From sequence record OP292222.1: a stretch of DNA of 64,000 bases. The stretch is one strand, 5' to 3'. Under the pieces are notes generated by a model, which was not told the origin of the DNA, made no database searches, and worked only from the letters and a program-made list of their open reading frames with translations. Each line of letters begins with the position of its first letter. Position 1 is the first letter of the stretch. This stretch comes from Escherichia phage Esco_phi_B-01. The translations under genes were made by a program, and so were the position numbers. Positions 18,803-26,892 of this stretch are shown piece after piece.

Positions 18803-21514
18803 ATGCAAGAATTCTATTTGACAGTCGAACAAATCGGTGATAATATTCTCGAACGTTACATCGATAAAAATGGTAACGAACGTAGTCGTGAAGTTCCTTA
18901 CAAGCCTACAATGTTTATGCATGCCAACCCAGAGCAAGCCGTAAAATATATTGACATCTACGGTAAGGGCTGTGTTAAGAAAGAATTCGATTCAATGCGC
19001 GATGCTTCTCAGTGGATGAAGCGAATGGACGATATGGGTCTCGAAGCCCTTGGTATGGACGACTACAAATTAGCCTATTTGTCTGATACCTATCGTAAAG
19101 AAATCAAGTATGATTCTTCCAAGATTCGTATTGCTAACTTCGACATCGAGGTAACATCTCCTGATGGATTCCCTGAACCTGCCCAGGCTAAACATCCTAT
19201 CGATGCCATTACTCACTACGACTCGATTGACGATAAATTCTATGTATTCGACCTTTTAGTTTCACCTTATGGTACGGTCGAAGAGTGGTCGATTAAAATC
19301 GCTGAGAAACTCCAAGACGAAGGTGGTGACGAAGTTCCACAAGAAATCATTGACAAAATCGTTTATCTTCCGTTTAATTCTGAAGAAGAAATGATGCTTG
19401 AGTATCTGAATTTCTGGCAACAGAAAACTCCTGTGATTTTGACTGGATGGAACGTTGAATCATTTGACGTGCCATACGTTTATAACCGTCTGAAAAATCT
19501 GTTTGGTGAGAACACTGCTAAGCGATTAAGCCCGCATCGTAAGACTCGTGTTAAAGTTATCGAGAATATGTACGGTGTTCGTGAAATTATTACACTGTTC
19601 GGTATTTCTGTTCTGGATTATATCGACCTTTATAAAAAATTCAGCTTTACTAACCAGCCTTCTTATTCTCTGGATTATGTTTCTGAATATGAATTGAAAG
19701 TAGGTAAGTTGAAATATGATGGTCCTATCTCCAAGTTACGTGAGACAAACCACCAACGATATATTTCCTATAACATTATCGACGTATATCGTGTTGTGCA
19801 GATTGATATGAAACGCCAGTTCATTCTTCTTAGTCTGGACATGGGTTATTATGCTAAGATGCAGATTCAGTCAGTGTTCAGTCCAATTAAGACTTGGGAC
19901 GCTATTATCTTTAATAGCCTTAAAGAACAGGGTAAAGTTATTCCTCAGGCCAAATCGCATGCGGTTCAACCTTATCCAGGTGCTTTCGTTAAGGAACCTA
20001 TTCCTAACGCGTACAAATATGTAATGAGTTTCGACCTTACATCTCTGTACCCAAGTATCATTCGACAAGTGAATATAAGCCCAGAGACCATCGCAGGCAC
20101 ATTCGCCAACGCACCGATACATGAATATATTGCCGGAACTGCTCCGCGTCCTAGCGACACCTACAGTTGCTCTCCTAACGGCATGATGTACTATAAAGAC
20201 CGTGATGGTGTGATTCCTACAGAAATCACGAAGGTGTTCTTACAACGTAAAGAACATAAAGGTTATATGCTCGCAGCTCAACGTAATGGTGAGTTAATTA
20301 AAGAAGCATTAGAAAATCCTAATCCATCTGTTGATAGTCCACTGGATATCGATTATCGTTTCGACTTCTCTGACGAAATCAAAGCCCAGATTAAAAAATT
20401 GTCAGCATCTTCTTTAAAAGAAATGTTGTTCAAAGCCGAACGTACTGAAGTCGCAGGTATGACTGCTCAGATTAACCGTAAGTTGCTTATCAACTCCCTT
20501 TATGGTGCACTTGGTAACGTATGGTTCCGTTACTATGACCTCAGGAACGCAACTGCAATCACATTGTTTGGTCAAATGGCCCTCCAATGGATTGAACGTA
20601 AGGTTAACGAATATCTGAATAGCGTATGTAAGACCGAAAACCAGAAGTTCGTGCTCTATGGTGATACCGACTCCATTTATGTTAAGGCCGATGCAATCAT
20701 CAATAAAGTAGGCGAAGATAAATTCCGTGATACTAACCACTGGGTTGACTTCTTAGATAAATTTGCACGTGAACGTATGGAACCAGCTATTGATGCAGGC
20801 TTCCGTGAGATGTGTGAATACATGAACAATAAACAGCACTTGATGTTCATGGACCGAGAAGCTATCGCAGGTCCTCCACTTGGTTCTAAAGGTCTTGGTG
20901 GATTCTGGACAGGCAAGAAACGTTATGCACTGAACGTTTGGGACATGGAAGGTACTCGTTATGCCGAACCACACTTGAAAATCATGGGTCTCGAAACTCA
21001 GAAATCAAGTACACCTAAAGCGGTTCAGAAAGCACTGAAAGAATGTATCCGTCGTATGCTTCAAGAAGGCGAGGCCTCTTTGCAAGAGTATTTCAAACAG
21101 TTTAATAAGGAATTTAACGAATTAGACTATGTAAGCATTGCTGCAGTATCCAGTGCTAACAACATCGAGAAATATAATGAAGGTGGTTTCCCTGGTTCTA
21201 AATGCCCGTATCACATCAAAGGTTGCTTAGCTTACATGCGTGCTTCTGCTGGTGATTTGACTATGCCTCGTATCGTTGATGGTGAAAAGGTATATGTACT
21301 GCCACTTAAAGAAGGCAACCCGTTCGGTGAAGCTTGTATGGCATGGCCGTCAGGTATTGAACTTCCGATTCAGATTCGTGACCAAGTCCTCCGTTGGATG
21401 GACTACAACGTACTGTTCCAAAAGACCTTTATCAAACCCCTGACCGGTTTTACTGAGTCTGCTAAAATCGACTACGAGAAAAAAGCAACATTATTTGACA
21501 TGTTTGACTTTTAA
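18803..21514 (+). CDS. 43: DNA polymerase gp43 (family B, with 3'-5' exonuclease)
   Basis: Exo I FDIEV, motif A DLTSLYPSII, motif C YGDTDS; N-terminus MQEFYLTVEQIGDNI matches T4/RB69-type gp43; start taken at ATG after SD aagga (track ORF starts upstream). Confidence 0.97.
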   Translation: MQEFYLTVEQIGDNILERYIDKNGNERSREVPYKPTMFMHANPEQAVKYIDIYGKGCVKKEFDSMRDASQWMKRMDDMGLEALGMDDYKLAYLSDTYRKEIKYDSSKIRIANFDIEVTSPDGFPEPAQAKHPIDAITHYDSIDDKFYVFDLLVSPYGTVEEWSIKIAEKLQDEGGDEVPQEIIDKIVYLPFNSEEEMMLEYLNFWQQKTPVILTGWNVESFDVPYVYNRLKNLFGENTAKRLSPHRKTRVKVIENMYGVREIITLFGISVLDYIDLYKKFSFTNQPSYSLDYVSEYELKVGKLKYDGPISKLRETNHQRYISYNIIDVYRVVQIDMKRQFILLSLDMGYYAKMQIQSVFSPIKTWDAIIFNSLKEQGKVIPQAKSHAVQPYPGAFVKEPIPNAYKYVMSFDLTSLYPSIIRQVNISPETIAGTFANAPIHEYIAGTAPRPSDTYSCSPNGMMYYKDRDGVIPTEITKVFLQRKEHKGYMLAAQRNGELIKEALENPNPSVDSPLDIDYRFDFSDEIKAQIKKLSASSLKEMLFKAERTEVAGMTAQINRKLLINSLYGALGNVWFRYYDLRNATAITLFGQMALQWIERKVNEYLNSVCKTENQKFVLYGDTDSIYVKADAIINKVGEDKFRDTNHWVDFLDKFARERMEPAIDAGFREMCEYMNNKQHLMFMDREAIAGPPLGSKGLGGFWTGKKRYALNVWDMEGTRYAEPHLKIMGLETQKSSTPKAVQKALKECIRRMLQEGEASLQEYFKQFNKEFNELDYVSIAAVSSANNIEKYNEGGFPGSKCPYHIKGCLAYMRASAGDLTMPRIVDGEKVYVLPLKEGNPFGEACMAWPSGIELPIQIRDQVLRWMDYNVLFQKTFIKPLTGFTESAKIDYEKKATLFDMFDF

Positions 21515-21516
21515 GT

Positions 21517-21546
21517 GTTTACATACCACATGGAACGTGGTATTAT
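21517..21546 (+). promoter_or_regulatory. early promoter, PeSL-like (GTTTAC ... TATTAT)
   Basis: motif. Confidence 0.55.
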
Positions 21547-21576
21547 CCTTCCTATCAACTACATGAGGAAATTATA

Positions 21577-21813
21577 ATGGAAGCTTTAATCGTTAGTGCT
21601 GGTGTTTTAGGATTCGGTTCTCTGGCTATTATGTTCATTGGTTACTTTTTACCATGGATTCTAGCTCTTTTGCGAGGCACCCGTAGCAATGTCGGAATCT
21701 TCTTCCTTAATCTCTTGTTAGGATGGACGATGATTGGTTGGGTAGTGGCTTTAATCTGGGCCATCGTCGCTGAACGTAAATCAAACGCACAAATCATTAT
21801 CGTTAAACAATGA
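21577..21813 (+). CDS. imm: superinfection immunity membrane protein Imm
   Basis: two hydrophobic helices; position downstream of 43 as in T4. Confidence 0.8.
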   Translation: MEALIVSAGVLGFGSLAIMFIGYFLPWILALLRGTRSNVGIFFLNLLLGWTMIGWVVALIWAIVAERKSNAQIIIVKQ

Positions 21814-21947
21814 AGATAATTATTTTATTTCTTATAATGACTGCCTTTACCGTTTATTGGGCAGTGGCAATTCCTCCAATGATTCCAACATTAATCATAG
21901 GATGGATTATTCTTATAGCACAAATTAAGTATAACTGTTTTAATTGA
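21810..21947 (+). CDS. small hydrophobic peptide (45 aa)
   Basis: ATGA overlap with imm stop; entirely hydrophobic. Confidence 0.35.
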   Translation: MKIIILFLIMTAFTVYWAVAIPPMIPTLIIGWIILIAQIKYNCFN

Positions 21948-21954
21948 GGATATT

Positions 21955-22455
21955 ATGAAAAAGTTAATTATCGCAATGAGTATGCTCCTATCAGGTTGCG
22001 CGGTCCAATACGGTGATGCAGTTTCGGCTGATGAAGTTGGTAAAGCTCGTATTGCAGCTGAACAGAAACAATTCGACGGCGAAATGAAATTCCGTGCCGG
22101 TTCTGGACTTGTGTATACCCGAGCTAATAATCAATGTGGTAATAACTGTGCAAAATATGCTCAAAGGGAAATCGAATTCCAACGTGAACAAGAGTCTAAG
22201 CGTGAAGAGGTACTAGCCAAACACCAGGCAGAAATGAAGCGCCAAGATGATTTGTACAAAAAGCAGAAACTGTATTCTATGTGTGTAAACCATATCAATC
22301 TACAGATTTCTGTCCATGAGGCTCGTTATTACGAAATGCTCGAAACCGAGAGCTTCGATAAAGCTCGTGATTATAAGAAACAAATCAACAAGCTTAAGAC
22401 CAAAGTGCCTGCTGCAGTAGAACAGTGCATGGAATACGGTAAAGATAAGATTTAA
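21955..22455 (+). CDS. predicted lipoprotein (signal peptide with lipobox LLSGC), coiled-coil rich
   Basis: N-terminal MKKLIIAMSMLLSGC. Confidence 0.6.
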   Translation: MKKLIIAMSMLLSGCAVQYGDAVSADEVGKARIAAEQKQFDGEMKFRAGSGLVYTRANNQCGNNCAKYAQREIEFQREQESKREEVLAKHQAEMKRQDDLYKKQKLYSMCVNHINLQISVHEARYYEMLETESFDKARDYKKQINKLKTKVPAAVEQCMEYGKDKI

Positions 22456-22515
22456 GCAATAGAAATTTATTAAAAATAGTGTATAATGTACCTACATTCA
22501 CTTGAGGAACAGATA

Positions 22516-24189
22516 ATGAAAAAGGTTGTTATTTTAGGCGCAGGTCTTGGCTCACGGTTGTATCCAATTACTAACGAAATCCCGAAGGTATTGGTTAACT
22601 ATAAACAACATACGGTATTAAAGCATTTGTATGATTTGTATAGTAACCAATCAGATGAAATTATTCTGGTTATTCACAGCAAATTTAACGACCTCGTTAA
22701 AGGCTATATTAAATCCATTAACATGATTACTGGTGATAAGCCTAAATTCACTATTCGTAACGTTGATGTTGCTAATGGTTCAGCTCATGCAATCGATTGC
22801 ATTGCCGAAGATATCATTGGCCATAATGTCCTGTTTAACTGGTGTGACATCATTCCTATCGGTCATAAAGTTGAATGGGGTAACGACTACTGTTATACCT
22901 ATGGAACTGACTGTCGTTTTACATTTGAAGAACCGTACTTACGTGAAATTGGTACTGGTGGCGGTGTAGTTGGTTTGTATCAGGTAGCCAATTGGACAGG
23001 TTTCGACCGTTCTAATTATGGTGAAGACCTTGCTGATAACCTGGATTCAATGGTCTATTTGACCGAACGTAAACTGGATTTTGTAGTTGATGTCGGTGAC
23101 AAATTGAAACTGGCTAAGGCCCATGAAGAATCTGAAATTAACCGTGAATTTAATAAATTAGAATTCACCGAGAATCTGGCTATTAAAGTACCAACTAACG
23201 AATTAGGTAAAGAAATTCAATCTAAAGAAATCAATTGGTATAATTCTATTGATTCTGAATTCGTTCCTAGCATTGTAGACTTTTCTCCAGGCGAATTCAT
23301 TAAAATGGAACGTATCTTTGGTCGAACCATGGCAGATGCCTACCGGTTTATGTCCAAAGAAACTAAAGTCCTCATGGTTTATAAGGTCATTAGTGCATTA
23401 CGTTCATTTGGTGGAACTATTGATAACCCGTCCGATGAGCAATGGTATTCCGATGTTAAGAAAGAAGTATTGGACAAGGTCCTTATTCGTAATGCTTCTA
23501 TTGCTGGATTGATTGAAGGCTTTGCTCCACAGGGCATTACCCATGTTAACGATTTCAAAGTAGGCGACCCTGAAAAACTTCTTCGCCATGCACTAGAAAT
23601 TCTGTCTGAACATAAAGAACCGTACCAACTTATTCATGGCGACCCGCACTACAGTAATATTATGCTGTCGGACGAAGGTGATATTAAAATCATCGACCCA
23701 CGTGGTTATTTCGGTAATAGTTCTAAAGGCCCTGCGATTTATGATGAAGCTAAGGTGCTTTATTCTATCGATGGCTATGACAAATTTAACTCAGACCCTC
23801 TATGGGGCGGATTAACTCGTAACGGAACTCGTGTATTCGTTGATATCGAAAAGATTATGCCTTTAGACGATATCCCTATGTGCACATTTAAGCACAAGCT
23901 CTGGATTGCTGTTATTTGGATGGCTCTGGCAGGTTACTTTAAGAATAACCCTCTGAAAGCTCTAGGTGCTTATTATAACGGTTTGTACCAACTGAGTGTG
24001 CTGCTGAAGCGGCATCCTCGTAAGCGTAAGCTTATTACGGGTGAATTTGTCGATGAAGTTCGTGACCCTATTACGGCTCAAATTATTACTCGTTGTCCTG
24101 ATAAGTGGGTTTTGCTTGACCAGGAAACTGGTGTAAAATATAAACCTACAGGTTCTACTGAACTCCACAAACAATGGAAGAAAATTTAA
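22516..24189 (+). CDS. bifunctional nucleotidyltransferase / protein-kinase-like phosphotransferase
   Basis: N-terminus ILGAGLGSRLYPIT...PKVLV (sugar-phosphate nucleotidyltransferase G-x-G-x-R signature); C-terminus HGDPHYSNIML ... IKIIDPRGYFG (Brenner HxDxxxxN + downstream D, APH/choline-kinase-like); start at ATG after SD gaggaa. Confidence 0.75.
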   Translation: MKKVVILGAGLGSRLYPITNEIPKVLVNYKQHTVLKHLYDLYSNQSDEIILVIHSKFNDLVKGYIKSINMITGDKPKFTIRNVDVANGSAHAIDCIAEDIIGHNVLFNWCDIIPIGHKVEWGNDYCYTYGTDCRFTFEEPYLREIGTGGGVVGLYQVANWTGFDRSNYGEDLADNLDSMVYLTERKLDFVVDVGDKLKLAKAHEESEINREFNKLEFTENLAIKVPTNELGKEIQSKEINWYNSIDSEFVPSIVDFSPGEFIKMERIFGRTMADAYRFMSKETKVLMVYKVISALRSFGGTIDNPSDEQWYSDVKKEVLDKVLIRNASIAGLIEGFAPQGITHVNDFKVGDPEKLLRHALEILSEHKEPYQLIHGDPHYSNIMLSDEGDIKIIDPRGYFGNSSKGPAIYDEAKVLYSIDGYDKFNSDPLWGGLTRNGTRVFVDIEKIMPLDDIPMCTFKHKLWIAVIWMALAGYFKNNPLKALGAYYNGLYQLSVLLKRHPRKRKLITGEFVDEVRDPITAQIITRCPDKWVLLDQETGVKYKPTGSTELHKQWKKI

Positions 24190-24572
24190 TGTCGTATCGA
24201 GTAGAAAATAAGCCACATTTATGTTTTGATATCGATAACACAATCACGATTTGGAACCATGACCGTGATTATGAGAACTTTAAACCGGACACCGAAATGG
24301 TGTCCATGATTAATAAGCTTTATGATGAAGGGTACGAGATTACATTGTTCACCGCGCGTGGCATGACTTCATGTGGCCCAGGTCGAATCTTGGTTGAAGT
24401 AGTTCCTGCCTTGGTTAAGAACCTTGAAAAAATTGGATTGAAATATCACAATTTGCTTACACATAAGCCGAGTTATACTTTTATCATCGATGACCGAGCA
24501 ATCCGTCCTGACCACTTTAAAGAAATGGTTCGTGAAGGAACTCTTGATGGTTATAAGGCCTATCATCCATGA
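24189..24572 (+). CDS. small HAD-superfamily phosphatase
   Basis: motif I FDIDNTIT (DxDxT), motif II LFTARG, motif IV IIDDR; alternative start 24174. Confidence 0.7.
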   Translation: MSYRVENKPHLCFDIDNTITIWNHDRDYENFKPDTEMVSMINKLYDEGYEITLFTARGMTSCGPGRILVEVVPALVKNLEKIGLKYHNLLTHKPSYTFIIDDRAIRPDHFKEMVREGTLDGYKAYHP

Positions 24573-25105
24573 ATCCAAAAATCATTGTTATAGACGGCCC
24601 GGATAATTCCGGGAAGTCCACTTTAATTAAAAATCTGTTATCCAATAAGAAATACCGCCTTATTGATTTTCCTAAAAAGATTAATGGCAAGTGTATTTCA
24701 TTAGGAACTGATAACGATAAGGCTTTAGTTGAAACTCTGTATAAGTTTTTAGACCCTAATTTCGTTTATATCCTTGACCGTGGTTATCCAAGTAATATTG
24801 TTTACTCAGGATTCCTTCGTGGTGAAATGGACCCTTATGTAGAACTGGAAGATTGGAAAGGGTTTAAATCTGAATTTAACGTTATCGAGGTTATTTTAAC
24901 TCGCAACCCATTAGACGAAGACTTCGAAGACGACCTTATTAAATTAACCGAAGATGAGTTCAACCTAACTATCCGGCAATACGAAACATGTTTTGAAAAC
25001 GTGTTTAAAATCTTAAATCATGACGGCCATAATAATTTGCTTAATGTTGATATGGTAGAATTAAAACGTCTGAACGAATATATTGAAAATAAGGTGAATA
25101 AATGA
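24569..25105 (+). CDS. thymidylate-kinase-like P-loop NMP kinase
   Basis: P-loop IVIDGPDNSGKST and DRGY..S..Y motif resembling Tmk DR(Y/H) region. Confidence 0.65.
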   Translation: MNPKIIVIDGPDNSGKSTLIKNLLSNKKYRLIDFPKKINGKCISLGTDNDKALVETLYKFLDPNFVYILDRGYPSNIVYSGFLRGEMDPYVELEDWKGFKSEFNVIEVILTRNPLDEDFEDDLIKLTEDEFNLTIRQYETCFENVFKILNHDGHNNLLNVDMVELKRLNEYIENKVNK

Positions 25106-25800
25106 AACACATTACCGCTGTTAGTTTTGAAAATGCATTTAAACAAATGAACGAAGAAATCCTGGAAGCTCCACAGTTTGCAGTTGATTCTCGTATCGGA
25201 CGTTGTTATGAAATTGGTTCTGCTTCGGTAGAAGTACTGGATGCAAGCACCTATAAATTCACCGACCCACGTATTAATCGTATTAGTTATGAATATGCCG
25301 AATCCTTTTGGAAATTTATGATTTCTGGTGGTACTGACGCTGCCGAAGCATTTAAGGAATACCCTAATGTTGCTAAGTTCATTGATAAGCCGAAAAGTGA
25401 CGTATTGCCTGCAAACTTCAACACTTTCTATGGACCTCGAATTGTGGCCCAACTCCCAGCCCTACTTAAAGAGCTTAAAGAAAAGGCTAACTCGCGAAGA
25501 GTTGTGTTCCAGATTCTCCAAGAACAAGACCAAGCCCTCCTTGATTCTGACGAATCCTTAGAATATCCGTGTACCGATTCGGTAACGTATTATATTCGTG
25601 ACGGACGTTTGTATGCACACACCCATATGCGTTCACAGAACTGCGCTGTTGTTATGCAGCTGGATTTCTATCTGCAGGGTAAACTGATGGCATTTATTGC
25701 TGAACAGTGTGGTGTCGGTTTAGGTACATATTCCCACACCATGGTAAGTGCACACGTGTTTGAACGCGATTTTGACTACGTCCGAGGTTTCCTGAAATGA
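25102..25800 (+). CDS. 42: deoxycytidylate hydroxymethylase (thymidylate synthase superfamily)
   Basis: SRR, catalytic Cys in PCTDS, YYIRDG, MRSQN, and Asp in QLDFY at the position that confers cytosine specificity in T4 gp42; Glu/Trp in AESFWKF. Confidence 0.82.
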   Translation: MKHITAVSFENAFKQMNEEILEAPQFAVDSRIGRCYEIGSASVEVLDASTYKFTDPRINRISYEYAESFWKFMISGGTDAAEAFKEYPNVAKFIDKPKSDVLPANFNTFYGPRIVAQLPALLKELKEKANSRRVVFQILQEQDQALLDSDESLEYPCTDSVTYYIRDGRLYAHTHMRSQNCAVVMQLDFYLQGKLMAFIAEQCGVGLGTYSHTMVSAHVFERDFDYVRGFLK

Positions 25801-26690
25801 GTTTGTTTATCGTTCCTATTTTCAGTATGCGTAGTTACGAAACAGGTGAATATGCCGTCCTTAAGGACGGCAATTTTCAACTCCATTTAAATCGTGCTCG
25901 TCCAGGTGATTATCTGGCTTATCCTAGAAATTCGAGCGATATCAAAGAATGCATTGAATTATTCCCGGAACTGAATTTCGTACCACTTTGGTATAAAGAA
26001 AATGCTTATGAAACCCGTAAACATTTCTGGTCTGAAAATGAGTTTGTAGTCGATTCACTAATCGAATACTACGATTGCTCAGGACTGGTAACTGATATCA
26101 CCGGTTATGATGGTGCTCACACTGTACAATTCAACTTTAATATCACAATGGACCCTGAAGTTCCTCGTTATTATATCGACGAGTTCATTGATATTGATGT
26201 GGCTTCAGTTGAACGTTCACTTTATACTACAGTCCTGAATCAATGCCAGAAAGACGTCCTGGTGTCACGAGGTGCATCCTCTGATAAGATTTTTGTAGAC
26301 CAAAAGGTAATTAATCCTGCAGTAATTGAGCGTTACTCTGAAGGTCTAGCGCCTATTAAAATTGATGGTATTTTCCATCCATTCCGTATTTCGGATAAGT
26401 GCTATCAATTCGAAAGAGTTGTAGACCAAGCTGCCGCTGAAGGTGCTCGTCTTTATATCACTGACCCGAATGATTCATTTAAGCGTGAAGACTATCGTCC
26501 TGATGTAGAGATTATTAAATTCAAACCGAGTAAGGTTGAATATTATCAAATTCTGAAATCAAGACCACATATCATTTATCATGAGAACCCAGGTTTAGTA
26601 TTCCATCCTGGTCTGGCTGAATTCATTTATTTCGGTGCCAATATTCATTCTGAATACGAAATGCCACGTTATGAGGACGTAGTATGCTAG
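25797..26690 (+). CDS. hypothetical protein (297 aa) occupying the beta-glucosyltransferase slot between 42 and uvsX
   Basis: ORF; no recognisable motif; position only. Confidence 0.55.
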   Translation: MSLFIVPIFSMRSYETGEYAVLKDGNFQLHLNRARPGDYLAYPRNSSDIKECIELFPELNFVPLWYKENAYETRKHFWSENEFVVDSLIEYYDCSGLVTDITGYDGAHTVQFNFNITMDPEVPRYYIDEFIDIDVASVERSLYTTVLNQCQKDVLVSRGASSDKIFVDQKVINPAVIERYSEGLAPIKIDGIFHPFRISDKCYQFERVVDQAAAEGARLYITDPNDSFKREDYRPDVEIIKFKPSKVEYYQILKSRPHIIYHENPGLVFHPGLAEFIYFGANIHSEYEMPRYEDVVC

Positions 26691-26816
26691 GTCCTCTATT
26701 GCTTTTTATAGGTTTGTTATTATTCTCTTTCGGAGCCTTGCTATTACTAGTGTGGCTCGAGAAACGAGAAGTTCGGAAGATAGTCGATAAGGCTATCAAC
26801 CGAGGAATTAAGTAAT
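26685..26816 (+). CDS. small membrane peptide (43 aa)
   Basis: hydrophobic ORF overlapping upstream stop. Confidence 0.35.
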
Positions 26817-26840
26817 GCTGTAGCTGTGAAGTGATATAAT
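26814..26840 (+). promoter_or_regulatory. candidate MotA-dependent middle promoter (aaTGCTgtA box about 12 bp upstream of TATAAT)
   Basis: MotA-box-like motif positioned near -30 relative to -10. Confidence 0.35.
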
Positions 26841-26892
26841 TACCCTATCTTAAAACGTGAGAAAAATATAATGATGCCTATGGAAAAATATA

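Noticed and set aside
19871-20974. Minus-strand ORFs 19871..20122, 19972..20160, 20414..20740, 20677..20916, 20753..20974
   Set aside because: Lie entirely inside the DNA polymerase gene on the opposite strand; no RBS; shadow ORFs
25018-25452. Minus-strand 144-aa ORF spanning the kinase/gp42 junction
   Set aside because: Antisense to two translationally coupled plus-strand genes with clear enzyme motifs
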